Source: Selaginella moellendorffii | Taxonomy: Eukaryota > Plantae > Lycopodiophyta | Direction: 5' to 3' | DNA: 64,000 nucleotides | Assembly (NCBI RefSeq): GCF_000143415.4 | Contig: NW_003314298.1 | Location: forward strand, 1,596,602 to 1,660,601 | In this document: positions 11,936 to 24,124 of the stretch, piece by piece | Layout: each line of letters begins with the position of its first letter | Numbering within the stretch: the first letter of the stretch is position 1 | Program-made: the position numbers and the translations under genes | The notes under the pieces: model-generated | Seen by the model: only the letters and a program-made list of their open reading frames with translations | Databases searched by the model: none | What the model was told of the DNA's origin: nothing

Positions 11936-12852
11936 TCTTTGGTATATAACAGAATTTCAATTTGTGTGTGTGCTAGTGGAAAGGGGCGCTAGCAATCCAC
12001 TAGAACGATTGATTGATCCATGGCTTGGAGCGTGGGGACCTTTTTTCCAAAATTGATGGCCTTTTTTTCCACTCACTGTTCTTTCTTTTTGTTTTCTTAC
12101 AGAGATTTATTTTTTCAGATTATTCACTTAAAGTTTTAGTATCTGCTTCTGGACAACCCCACACAATGGGATGATGCTATACATGAAAATTTGTCCTAAA
12201 ACACTACTCCATGGCCTTGAACTTTCAGAGTGACCCAGAGTTGCAAATGAATCTCCAAATGCTGAATAAGTCGCGAGGAGACTTCCACAATCTTGCGGAA
12301 GATCAGCGCCCGGCCAGCTGGCCCCAAGAACAGAATTACACGATCATTCTCTTGATTGGGCCTTGAGAGGAGACACTTAATATTCAAATGTGCAGATATA
12401 CTTTGATTCTGCCGCGAGAGTCAATGTGACTTCTTGCCATGTGTTCGATGGAAGCATAAAAGTCAAGCCAAGATTGGGGAAAATGATACCAAGAACACAA
12501 ATTTGGATGGATTCTTTCCACCCCCACCGTACCCGTCAAAACTCTGGCTCGAATACAAGATAAAAGGCAGCAAACAAAGGAGCAAGGAGAAAACCAAAAC
12601 CCGAGATTCCATAAACTTTTCTCTCGAGTTGTTTTGAAAGAGAGAAGCGAACCTTTAATCCCACGATACTCTTTTCGGACGTGACAAAACCCTCAGAGTC
12701 AGCTCCCTAGCAATCAAATGACGTCATCTTTTATGGCCTCGTCTCTCTTTTAAGTAAGCGAAACAAACAAAGTGGCTTTGGGGGAGATTTTTACTCTGTT
12801 CGCGTGTGAATCCTCAGCGAGCGAGCGCGGGGATAGCGATTGATCAAACTCC

Positions 12853-14891
12853 ATGGCGTTCACTTCTCGAGCTTGGAGAGTGGCACCCTTCATCTTTGGT
12901 ACCAAATTGATGCTTGGATAGATTTTGGGTCTTTTCCTTTTCTTTAGCCTCTTGAATTTTGACTCTCCATGGTCTTGATCATTGTTACATTCTTCTTCTC
13001 ATGGTTTGGATACATCATCTTGATTTGTGATTTGATTTCTTCTTTGGCAGCGGTGGTGACGCTCGAACAGGCAGCTTCTTTCTCAATTGGGATCAATCTC
13101 TTCACGTTTGCATTCAACACGGAGCATTTCAGCCTCGCCACTGCTGCCAACATTGTGACCAACTTCATGGGAACGATGTTTCTCCTCACGCTCCTTGGAG
13201 GGCTTGTGGCAGATCTCTGGTGGAGTCGGTTCAAGACGATCGTCGTCTCTGGCGTCCTGGAAATCCTGGTAAAGATCTCTCTCTTATCTCCATTTCTCGG
13301 AAAACAAAAAATACATAGTACTTGATGACGATACCGATCTTCTGCGCAGGGGATTCTTCTCGTGGCGCTCGCAGCATCTATAAAATCTCTCACTCCACCC
13401 GAGTGCCAGCTTCTAGATGCTTCCTGCAAGAGCGCAACCTCTTCCCAAAAGGCAGTGTTCTTTGGAGGACTCTACCTTCTAGCACTTGGAGCCGGAGGTG
13501 TCAAAGCCAACATCGCGACCATGGGAGCTGTCCACTTCGACGAGAACTCGCCCGTGGAGAAGAAAGAACTGGGGACGTACTTCAACACGTACTTCATCCA
13601 TTTCTGCATCGGAGCGCTCATTGCGATCACGGCACTCGTCTACACGCAAGAAAACGTCTCCTTCGAAGTTGGCTATCTCATCGCGCTTGGATGCATGGTA
13701 TTGGGCGTGATCGTCGCTGCCGCTGGCTATCCACTCTATCGACACAACTCGCCCAGAGACGGAACCCAAAGTCCAGTCACAAGCTTCGCCCAAGTTGTCG
13801 TGGCCGCGTTTAGGAACCGCAAGCTTTCAGTTTTGTCCCCGGAAGTTCTCCATCAGGGTCCTCTCGATGACTCAAAGACTGGCTACAGGATCGAGCACAC
13901 GGACCAGTTCACGTAAGATTTTGAGATTCGCTTCGATATAGTGATCAATCGTCTTTGTAACCATGGCAGCTTCTTGGATCGAGCAGCCGTCGTCGACTAT
14001 AACTCTCCCCCGACCGCACAAACCAGCCCCTGGAAGCTGTGCACGGTGACACAGGTCGAGGAGGTGAAGCTCATCCTGCGAATCCTCCCGATCTTCGCGA
14101 GCACCATCGTTCTGAACTGCGTCATCGCTCAAGTCCAGACAGTAACACTCCAGCAAGGCCGGACGATGGATCGAAGGATCACCAAGAGCTTCGAGATACC
14201 TCCGGCGTCGGTGGCAGCGCTCCCGGTCGTGTTCATGATCATAGCTCTCCCAATCTACGACCGGATCTTCGTGCCAATCGCGCGGCGAGTCACGGGTCAC
14301 GAGAACGGGATCACGTACTTGCAAAGGATCTCCGTGGGCTTGCTTCTGGCGATCGTGAGTATGGTGGTGGCGGCGTTTGTGGAGAAGAAGCGGATCCGCG
14401 TCGCTCGGGAGTTTGGGCTCCTCGATTCGCCCACCGCGAGGGTGCCGCTCAAGATCTACTGGATCATGATCCAGTACTTCATCATTGGGCTGGCGGACAT
14501 GTTCACATTCGTGGGTCTCATGGAGTTCTTCTACCGCGAGGCCCCCGAGAGAGTTCGCAGCATGTCCACGGCGTTGACCTTTGTCTCCCTCTCCCTGGGC
14601 TACTTCTTGAGCTCCACCATTGTCGATATTGTGAAGAGGGTTACTACAAAAGGTGGCGGGCTCGGGTGGCTGCCAAGCAACATCAACAGGGGTAACATCA
14701 GCAACTTCTACCTGCTGCTTGCAAGCGTCAGCGCCGTCAACTTCGTGGTGTACGTGGCATGTGCGAGGTGGTACAGGTATAGAGATCACAGTGATGCTGA
14801 TTCGGCATTGGATCGTGATGTTGAGTTAGAGGATGCACCATCAAAAGCTACGGATATTGGTAGTGTGAGCAAGAGGCCCTTGATGGCCTAG
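12853..14891 (+). CDS. NRT1/PTR family (NPF) transporter, copy 2 (4 exons)
   Basis: Intact paralogue of 6173-8211 with the same exon structure. Confidence 0.95.
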
Positions 14892-15059
14892 ACAATATTT
14901 CAGGACATGTCCATACAGATTCTTATATAAAATCTCACCAATCAAGCTATGCTAACTCCACATTTTACATGACATTGTTTTGGTGTCTACCAGCTTACAA
15001 ACATGTAATTGGATTCTGAGAAAAGTTAGTAAAAGCACAGAAAAAACAGAAGAAACTTC

Positions 15060-18000
15060 TCACGCTACAGCGACCAGCTGATGTAAAGAAGGCGACCATT
15101 TTCTCATGGCCAGCTTCCCGTCCTCGGTCATGATAAGCACCGTGTCCTCCTCCTTGAACTCGCCCTTCAAAATCCCCTTAGCCAGCTCGTTGGTCACGTA
15201 CTGCTGGATCACTCGCTTCACTGGCCTGGCGCCATAGTTCGGATCATATCCAAGCTTGGCAAACACCTGCACCGCATCGTCCGTGATCTTCAAAGAGATC
15301 TTGCGGTGTTGGAGTCTCTTCTCCACGTTTTGCAGCTAGAGAAAAAAAGCCAAAGATCATAAACTGCCTGATCGCAAAAACACAACTTACCTGGAGCTTG
15401 ACGATTTCTTGGATCTGATCCACGTCCAGGGGCTGGAACACGATGAACTCGTCCACCCTGTTCATGAACTCTGGCCGGAAGGTGGAGCGAGCCACTTCCA
15501 TCACCGTCTCCTTCATCGACTGATATGCCGCGTTCTTGTCGCCCGACGATTTGAGAGCGTCCAGGATGTGCTGCGAGCCGAGGTTGGACGTCATGATCAC
15601 CACGGTGTTGGTGAAGTTCACCGTCCGGCCCTGCGAGTCCGTCACGCGGCCATCGTCGAGTATCTGGAGGAAGATGTTGAAGACGTCCGCGTGAGCCTTT
15701 TCGATCTCGTCGAAGAGAACCACCGAGTAAGGCCGCCGGCGGACGCTCTCGGTCAGCTGCCCGCCTTCTTCGTATCCCACGTATCCTGGAGGAGCGCCAA
15801 TGAGCCGGGACACGGCGTGCTTCTCCATGTACTCGCTCATGTCGAATCTCAGCAGCGCTTTGTCCGTGTCGAACAGGTATTCGGCTAGAGCTTTGGCCAG
15901 CTCCGTTTTCCCGACTCCGGTCGGCCCCATGAACATGAAGCTGGCGATAGGACGGTTTGGATCCGCGAGTCCAGCTCTGGAACGGCGTATAGCATCGGCC
16001 ACGGCTTGCACTGCGGGGTCTTGGCCGATCAAGCGCTTGTGTAAGTGTTCGTCGAGGTGGAGCAGCTTCTCCATCTCGGACTGGAGCAGCCTTGAGACGG
16101 GAATCTTTGTCCACTTGCTGACTATCTCAGCAATGTCGTCGGCAGTGATCTCCTCTCGCAGCATTGCTTTCTCAGACTTCCTGTACGTTGCAAGCTCGCC
16201 TTCGGCTTCGTTGAGTTGCTTTTGTAAGTTGGTAAGGACGCCATACTTGAGCTCGGCGGCTCTGTTGAGGTCGTAGTCTCTCTCGGCCTGTTGGATTTCG
16301 AGATTGACACGGTCAATCTGCCAAACACAAGCACAAGTTTAATTTCTGCTTTGCGACCAAAAAAAACAAGGAAAAAAAAAAAAAAAAACAAAAAACACGT
16401 GTACCTCTTCTTTGATCGAGTTGATGCGAGTCATGATCGACTTTTCCATCTCCCATTGCTGCTGCAAGGCCTTCTGCTTCTCTTTGAGAGATGCTAGCTC
16501 TGCTTCTAGCTTCTGCAGCCTCTCGCGGGAAGCTTTATCATTGTCATGTTCAACGGATAAACGCTCCATCTCCAGCTTGATGATAACCCGATCAATCTCG
16601 TCTAGAGCAGTCGGCTTCGACGTCCTCTCCATCTTCAGCTTTGCAGCGGCCTCGTCAACAAGATCGATGGCTATGTTACAGGAAAAAAAAATGAAAACAC
16701 ATCCAGGACATAATTGATAAATCTCGCACCTTTGTCTGGTAAGAAACGGTCGCTGATATAACGAGAAGAGAGTATAGCAGCTTCGACTAAAGCGTTGTCT
16801 GAGATTTTTACTCCGTGGTGAAGCTCGTATTTCTCTCGCAATCCACGAAGAATGGATATCGCATCTTCCACGGCAGGCTCCGCAACATAAACTTGCTGGA
16901 AACGTCTTTCCAGAGCTGCATCCTTCTCAAGGTACTTGCGATATTCCTTTATTGTCGTGGCACCAATGCACCTCAGTTCACCACGGCCCAGCATTGGCTT
17001 TAGCAAGTTTCCAGCATCCATTGCTCCCGAGGTGGCACCTGAAAAAACAAGTACCGTGCTTGGAGTCGAAAATGCAAAATCGCACACACAAAGTACCTGC
17101 CCCGACGACCATGTGTATTTCGTCAATGAAAAGCACAATGTACCCCTCTGACTCCTTCACTTCTTTTAGAACAGCTTTTAATCGATCTTCAAATTCTCCT
17201 TGAAACTTCGCTCCTGCGATCAAGGCTCCCAAGTCCAATGATATCAGCTGCATTTGTAATGGTAAGGTGTTGCAATAGCACTCGCGTAAAACATACCTTC
17301 CGGTTGGCAAGGGCCTCGGGCACGTCTCCTTGAACTATACGCTGAGCAAGTCTATGCAAAAAAATCAAGCCAGCAGAAGCCAGTGATTTCCATACCCTTC
17401 GGCTATAGCAGTCTTGCCCACACCAGGCTCTCCAATCACGACGGGATTGTTCTTGGTTCGCCGGCACAAGATTTGAATGCACCGTCGAATTTCGTCATCA
17501 CGACCGATGACCGGATCAAGCTTTCCTTGGCGGGCCATCTCCGTCAAATCCACTCCAAATTTCTCTAGTGCTTCATACTTGTTTTCAGGGGCTGGAACAA
17601 GAAAACAAACGAGTGTTGAAATTTTTTGACAAAGAAAACAACGAACCTTGATCAGTAACCTTCTGTGTCCCTCGAATGGCAGTGATCGCATCTTTAGTAG
17701 CCTTGGCATTGAGACCGAACTGCCCAAACAACTCCTTCCCGATACGAATGTCTTCCGCGAGCGCAAGAACTAAATGCTCGATTGACGTATAATTATCTCC
17801 AAAGTCCTTCATGTGACCCTTGGCTCGATCGAGCAAACTGTCGAGGCTCTGGCCAAGCATAGCGCCAGATATGTTTCCCGCCACCTAGAAGAACACGCGC
17901 ACAATAAGAAGGTCTCAATCGAAAGAAAAAAAACACTTTTCACCTTAGGCTGGCGCTCGATGTATCGCTCAGTTGCTTGCAAAAGAGCCGAGTTATCAAT

Positions 18001-18483
18001 CCCGGCCTTGGTGAAAATCCTCCGTGCAAGACCATTTTTTTGCTCCAGCAAAGCCTTTAAAAGATGCTCGGTTTCTACAACCTGTTGTCTGTTTGATTGT
18101 GCCAGTTCCACGGCGGAAACCATGGCTTGCCAAGCCATGTTTGTGTAATCCTTGGGAGAAAGCTGCCAGGAAAGAAAGAGAAAAGAAACTCTTCGAATCA
18201 GAGAACTAGGCAAATAAGAAACACTCACAGTGACCGGCGCTTCCAAGCGCGAGGTGCCATGGAAGCCTCGCCTGTGATCCAGCGACCATAGAACGCCTCG
18301 CCGGTAGAGACTGTCGGACCAGAATCTAGAGGACGCCCTGTGCGCGATTCTCCCGGAAACTTCTGATGCAGATTGACTGCTAGAGTTACTCAGATTTCGC
18401 GTGGCGCCACCGGCGACGCATCGCACCTGTGGCAGCAGCTCCTCCGCCGCTCGCAGCGCTCGCCCGATCGCTCTCCCCTGCAT
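15060..18483 (-). CDS. CLPB: Organellar ClpB chaperone (Hsp100), intact, multi-exon
   Basis: Arg/Ser-rich presequence [11 protein letters not shown]...; [24 protein letters not shown], coiled-coil M domain, [26 protein letters not shown]. Confidence 0.95.
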
Positions 18484-18531
18484 CCTTCGTTGACACAAAA
18501 CCCTAAACTCACTCGCACAGCCAGGAAGGAA

Positions 18532-18565
18532 ATGCTAGAGGTTTCTGGAGGGTTTTACACGTGGC
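18532..18565. promoter_or_regulatory. Imperfect heat-shock-element-like array plus G-box upstream of ClpB
   Basis: aTGCt-aGAGg-tTTCt-gGAGg pentamers and ACACGTGGC, 50-80 bp upstream of the ClpB ATG. Confidence 0.35.
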
Positions 18566-19130
18566 AGAAAACTTTTGTAGTTTTATTAATTTGCAAATAG
18601 AGGTTAGCAATTCAATTCTGAATCTTAAAGGAATAATACGGAGCTCAAGAACTAGCACCACCTAGAAGAATAAAGGGGCAACACCTTTACCTCGCCATAG
18701 CTTACACAATATGCAGTTTGCTTGGATCCCATAAAAGAAAGACCCAAAAACTCTTAAAAACTTCTTTGGTGTCTTCTATGTTTCTGCATTACTTTGACTT
18801 TCATAGTCAACAATCTCTTCCACTTGCTGCTTCAATTGAATCCTCTGTACAAGGCCAGCCACTCAGCGATTTGCACAACATTTATTTAAGTACTGAGGTT
18901 ATGGTTAGAGTAGTTGAGGTCCTTAAAACATTGATGTATAATTCAAGTTTAATGTTATAAATTAGTAGATTTCAAGTTCCATTGAAAATTTTGAAATGCA
19001 GATTGTTAATGTATTTAGAATGATCAGAAAAAATAAATGATATATACACAGAAGAACGTTTATATGATAGATTTGTCATCTATAAAGTCTGACATTGAAT
19101 TTTTTTAAAATTTATTATTTATTAACTTTG

Positions 19131-19575
19131 GTGATAGTGAATATACCTAGAATATTCTTGGATTTTCTGGCATATTCTCCTATCTACATTTATATTAATA
19201 TTGTGTTTATATGTTTATAATTTATAAACTTTCTTAAACACCTCTAGGTATATTCTAGCAATTAAATTTATCTTGTATTTATAAATTATAAACATGTTTA
19301 TAATTTAAATAATTTACTGCATGTTGCATGTAACAACAATTTTTTTGTTTAATATAGTATTATTTCTATTTTTTAATCTAATTGATTTATAATTATAATT
19401 GATTTAACATGTTTATCTTGTTATATATTAGGAGGTAGAATAAACTAGGATATACTAGAAAGTATTTAGGAAAATTTATACATTATAAATATAAGATTAA
19501 TCTAAATGAATAACAATCATTAGATAGTAGAATATCTTAGATATCCAAGCATATTCTAGATATATTCTAATCCCT
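19131..19575. mobile_element. Non-autonomous foldback/MITE-like element with long imperfect terminal inverted repeats
   Basis: Left end gaatatacctagaatattcttggattttctggcatattctcctatcta matches the reverse complement of right end tagatagtagaatatcttagatatccaagcatattctagatatattc; a second inverted block lies further inside; no ORF. Confidence 0.7.
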
Positions 19576-19628
19576 CTCAGGTCAAACCAAAAACTGTCTT
19601 ACACTTTAAGCCAATGCAAAAGAGGTTC

Positions 19629-20030
19629 AAAATTCTAATTTTTCTGGAGTTAGCTGAGATCACAGGTAGGGATGGTGGTGTACACTACATCGCAAACAAA
19701 TTGCTTAAGATAGAGCACTTAGACATAATTGTGAACTCTTTAATGAGGATCAACATTTGCTTGCCACTAGTAACTCTGGTAAGGGAATTTATTACACATA
19801 TGGTAAGAACTAGAATTTTAAATAAAATTTTAATTTTCTTAGAGGTGTTTGAGATTACAAGTTGAATGGTGATAGCTACAACTACACCTTGGATAAATAA
19901 CTCAAGATAAAGCACTTAAACACAGTTGTGAGTTCCTTCTTGACAGGGATCATCATTTGTTTGTCATTAGCATTTTTGGTGATAGGAATTCATAGTTGTA
20001 CACATGTATCAAGAACTTGTGGAAAAATAT
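19629..20030. repeat. Diverged direct tandem repeat, two units of ~195 bp
   Basis: aaaattctaatttttctggag...gagatcacag vs aaaattttaattttcttagag...gagattacaag; aagatagagcacttagaca vs aagataaagcacttaaaca. Confidence 0.6.
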
Positions 20031-20391
20031 TCCAGAGTCTAAGTAAATATTTAGTGGCCAAATGAAGAATTAGTGACGGTTAAAAGGCTTAAAAGTTGCA
20101 AAGAGAATAAGTTGATAAATTTCATATATTATTAGCCAAATCTAAGCTTAGATAACAAAAGAATGATATATAACTTAATTAAAAACCATAAAGATTATAA
20201 CATATTCTTTTACTTTGTTCTATTCAAACTTTTAATATAATATTATATTTTAAGTATTTTTAAAGTATTGAGTTACTTCTAATTTCAAAAATTAAATTAA
20301 AATTAGTATTTTAATTTCTACCCTCCGATTTCATATAAAACTTACAATAAGTTTTAAAAATGATATTATAATTAAAAAGTTTAAAAGAATT

Positions 20392-20655
20392 TGTTGCATG
20401 TTGCATATAGCAATGCTTAGTTTGCTTAATAGTAGTGTTATTTCTATTATTAATCTATAGTTATAAACATGTTTATAATTTATAAACACAAGATTAATTT
20501 TATTGAATATCAACCACTAGATGGTAAAATAAACTAGAATATACTAGGAAGTGTATAGGATCAATAATACAAGATTAATATAAATGAATAACAACCCTTA
20601 GATGTTAGAATATTCTAGAATATTCAAGCATGTTTTAAGTATATCCACTACCACA
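20392..20655. mobile_element. Partial second copy (right half) of the foldback/MITE element
   Basis: tgcatgttgcat...taaactagaatatactagga...aaatgaataacaa...agaatattcaagca, ending atatccactaccac, the inverted match to the left terminus at 19131. Confidence 0.6.
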
Positions 20656-21733
20656 CAGATATTACAGTGAAATAAATTTCTTTATTTTTTGATATCTTAG
20701 AAAATCCTAAATATAAATTTTTATTGGTGTTGTAATATATCCCCTTACTAAAATACTATCCATAAAATTGAATAAAATAGTTAAGGTTAAACTCAGTTAT
20801 CATGCTCTCATTTTGGTTTATATCCATTATTGCCAGATGCAAATATTAATTTCAATATCAAAGTTAATGAGCCGAAATGCCTCCCCTTAACACTTATTCA
20901 AGGCAAGCATATAGGACATTGGTGTGTAACTAAAAAGCTACACAAGTCTTTCTATTATCTAAAGATCCTTTAATTATGATTAATAGTACATATGAAAGAA
21001 AATGCACTTCAAGTTCCATATTCTATAATTGTTTTTAAAGTATCATAAATGAAATTTATTTGATTGTTAGGGCTCATTAATTAACATAATTCTATATTCT
21101 ATAAATGTTCTATGACTCAATAATTCCCTTGTTTCAGAACCCCCTACTTTAGATGCGACTCTTTTATTATTTATTTTTCTAGGAAATTTTTCTTCTAATA
21201 ATTTTCCAATCTTAATTAAAACTTAAGCATTTTCATTATTAAAAGTGCATCATTATCTCCATAATATCTTTTAGTTCGAGGAGCTGGATCATTTCCATGA
21301 GTTTGGCTTGCAAATTCTAACTTAAAAGTATACACTTACTAAGAACTTATTCATAACGATGTCTAATATTAAAAAATTTTCATAGCGCCTATTGTTAAGG
21401 TTTAAAGCACTATGTTGTGGCATTTGGCGCAAATTCTGCGGTAGATGATAGGTCACGCTCATTTGCCTCCAGGTAGCCCTTCATATTGTACATATTTCGC
21501 ATTCTTGAGATGTTTCGATGGGCACTGCGAGACTAGAAACAGTAGATAGATAGATTCATCTTCCTTGCGATGGATCTTCGGCCTGGGGCACCATTGCCGG
21601 GGTGATTCCTTTTTACTTATTTAATGAATGAGAGAAAGTCAAAGTAATCCTCCTCTTGACTTGTTTTAGTTTAAATGAATGCAACAAAAAAGCATGGAAA
21701 AGTTTTTAAGGGGATCCGCGGATTGTGTAAGCT

Positions 21734-22448
21734 ATGGCGGAGGAGAAAGAGGTAAAACTCTTGTATGTCTTTCCCAGCCCCTTTGTTCTTCGAGTGGTGC
21801 TAGTTCTTGAGCTCAAAGGAATCACGTACGAGATCATCCCCGACGATCTCTTCAACAAGAGCTCACTGCTGCTCCAATTGAATCCCCTGTACAAGAAATT
21901 TCCCGTCCTGATCCACAAGGGCCAGCCCATCTGCGATTCGCGCAACATCATCGAGTACCTAGACGAGACATTCCCACACACGCCCGCGGTTCTTCCCAGA
22001 GACCCTCTCGCGCGATCCAGGGAGCGATTCCTGGCCGAGTTTGTGGAGAACAAGGTAAGCCCCAGAATTTACATCTCCTGGATCGAGTCTGAGAGTTTCC
22101 TGCCAGATCTTCGCCACTTGCGGCAATATCAACTTCGGGCTGGGCGCCACTCCCGCGGATCTAGCCAAGAGCTGCGAGCTCTTCGAGGAGGAGCTACGCA
22201 AGCACGAATGCACGCCCTTCTTCGCCGGCGACAAGCTAGGGCTCGTTGATATCGTGCTCCTCGCGCCCGCAATCTGGGCTCGCGACCAAATGCCATCGGC
22301 AGATCACTGCCCCAATCTCCACAGGCTGCTGTGCGCGCTGCGCGATCATCCAGTCGTGAAATCCGCGCTCCCCGATGCTGACACCGTGGAAACCCTGTTG
22401 ACCCAAGCCATGCCAATGCTCGAGCAGCTCTATGGCGGCAAGCCCTAG
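21734..22448 (+). CDS. Tau-class glutathione S-transferase (2 exons; intron 22055-22106)
   Basis: PSPF, LELKGI, KSSLLLQLNPLYKKFPVLIH, DSRNIIEYLDE, LPRDP, FFAGDKLGLVDI. Confidence 0.92.
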
Positions 22449-22582
22449 TCCTTTAAAATTCATCGAATATTCTCAAAGACAAGCAAATTTTAGCAAGCTA
22501 CCTGTTTGACCTGGAAACAGAGGAAGGGAGTTTTAGGGTTCTTGGAGTGGGGCGAAGATCTGATGAATTCTTGAGTTTGTGT

Positions 22583-24124
22583 ATGGATTTGACGCGGAGG
22601 GAGCGGGCGATCTGTGAATTTGCCTTCCTTGCGTGTTTCTTCTTGTGCTCGGCTGCAGCTTCTTCTACAGCGGGTAAGCATTGCTTCGTTGCAATGTTTC
22701 TGATACGGTCTTCGTGCAATGCGTAGACGTTGTTTTGCGCAGCGGCGCCGATAACAGCCAGAAATTTAATCTTACCCTCGCAAAGATTTTGGTGGAGTAT
22801 GCATCAGCGGTAAGTTGATTGAGATATTTCGATAGAGCTATAGGAGATTTGGGATTTTTCTTTCAGATCTTAATAGCTAAGAAATATTTCAGGTATATGT
22901 AGATGATCCGGCAGAGCTGTGGCAATGGAGTTGTGATCGATGTAACAGTCGGACGAAAGTAAGCTTTTAGTATTTCTCGCAAGAATTTCCTTTGCTTTCA
23001 TCCTTCTTCTTTAAAGGGATTTGAGCTTGTGGATTTGATCATAGATGTCAAACATTGCCTTCAGGTACGTTAGACGCAAGCTTTTTTTTTTTTTTTTTCC
23101 GTCTAAAGTTTTTCCTGCAGGCTTTTGTTGGCCTGGACAGAAACCTCGGAGCCATTGTCATGGCATTTCGTGGGACTCAAGAAAGCAGGTAATGTGGTTT
23201 TCCTTTCAGAATTTGCAAAAGAAACGAAGACAAACTTGCGTTGCGTAGCGTCCAGAACTGGGTGGAAGATTTATATTTCAGACAACTGGATTTTCACTAT
23301 CCCGGATGCGTTGACGCAATGGTACTTGCAGTGGCATTTACGCTCTCATTCTGACTTTGAGATCATTCGTTTCCTAAGGTTCACCATGGATTCTACTCCG
23401 CGTACCACAACACAACGCTCAGGCCTCGTGTTCTCGCGGCTGTCCACGCTTTAGTAGGCCAACACAAAGACTTGAAACTGATGATCACCGGACACTCCAT
23501 GGGAGGAGCAATGGCAACCTTTGCTGCTCTGGATCTCGTGGTATGATCCTTTTTCACATTTGGTCTCTGCGTAGCACTTTTTAAGTTTTGGCTGCGGCTC
23601 AGGTGAATCACAAACTAGAAAACGTCCACGTTGTCACCTTCGGCCAGCCTCGAGTAGGCAATCCAGCATTCGCAGACTATTACAGAGCGATGGTGCCGGA
23701 CACGATACGAATGACGCACGCTCACGACTTGGTTCCTCATTTGCCACCTTACTACCCGTTTTTCGGCGAGAGAACTTACCACCACTTTGCAACCGAGGTA
23801 AGACATATCAAGATTTGATTTCTCCGGGGCTGGCCCATCGCCCATCTTACAATTCCTATCCAAAACAGGTTTGGATCTACAGCTGTGAAATGGACATCCT
23901 AACTTACGATGTTTTCCGCGTCTGCGACGATTCGGGCGAGGATCCAACTTGTTGCAGGTAGAGAACAAAAAGAAAAGAAAAGAAAAGAAAGAGTTTGAGA
24001 TTCCTGTTTTAATCTCGCGAGACCGCTGTGCAGATCGGTGGTAGGAAACAGCGTTTCGGACCATCTTATGTATCTCGGGGTGTTTCTCAAGGCGGAGCCT
24101 TTCCTGCAGCGACAAAGCTCGTAA
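22583..24124 (+). CDS. Class-3 lipase (multi-exon, signal-peptide-like N-terminus)
   Basis: AFRGT, VHHGF, ITGHSMGG nucleophile elbow, TFGQPRVGN, HDLVPHLPP, GEDPTC, DHLMYLG. Confidence 0.9.

Larger units (their letters stand above)
4011..18131 (+). repeat. Tandem segmental duplication: unit 1 ~4011-10580, unit 2 ~10596-18131
   Basis: Colinear near-identical tRNA-Cys, DUF716, intergenic, NPF and ClpB sequences; junction near 10580-10596. Confidence 0.95.
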
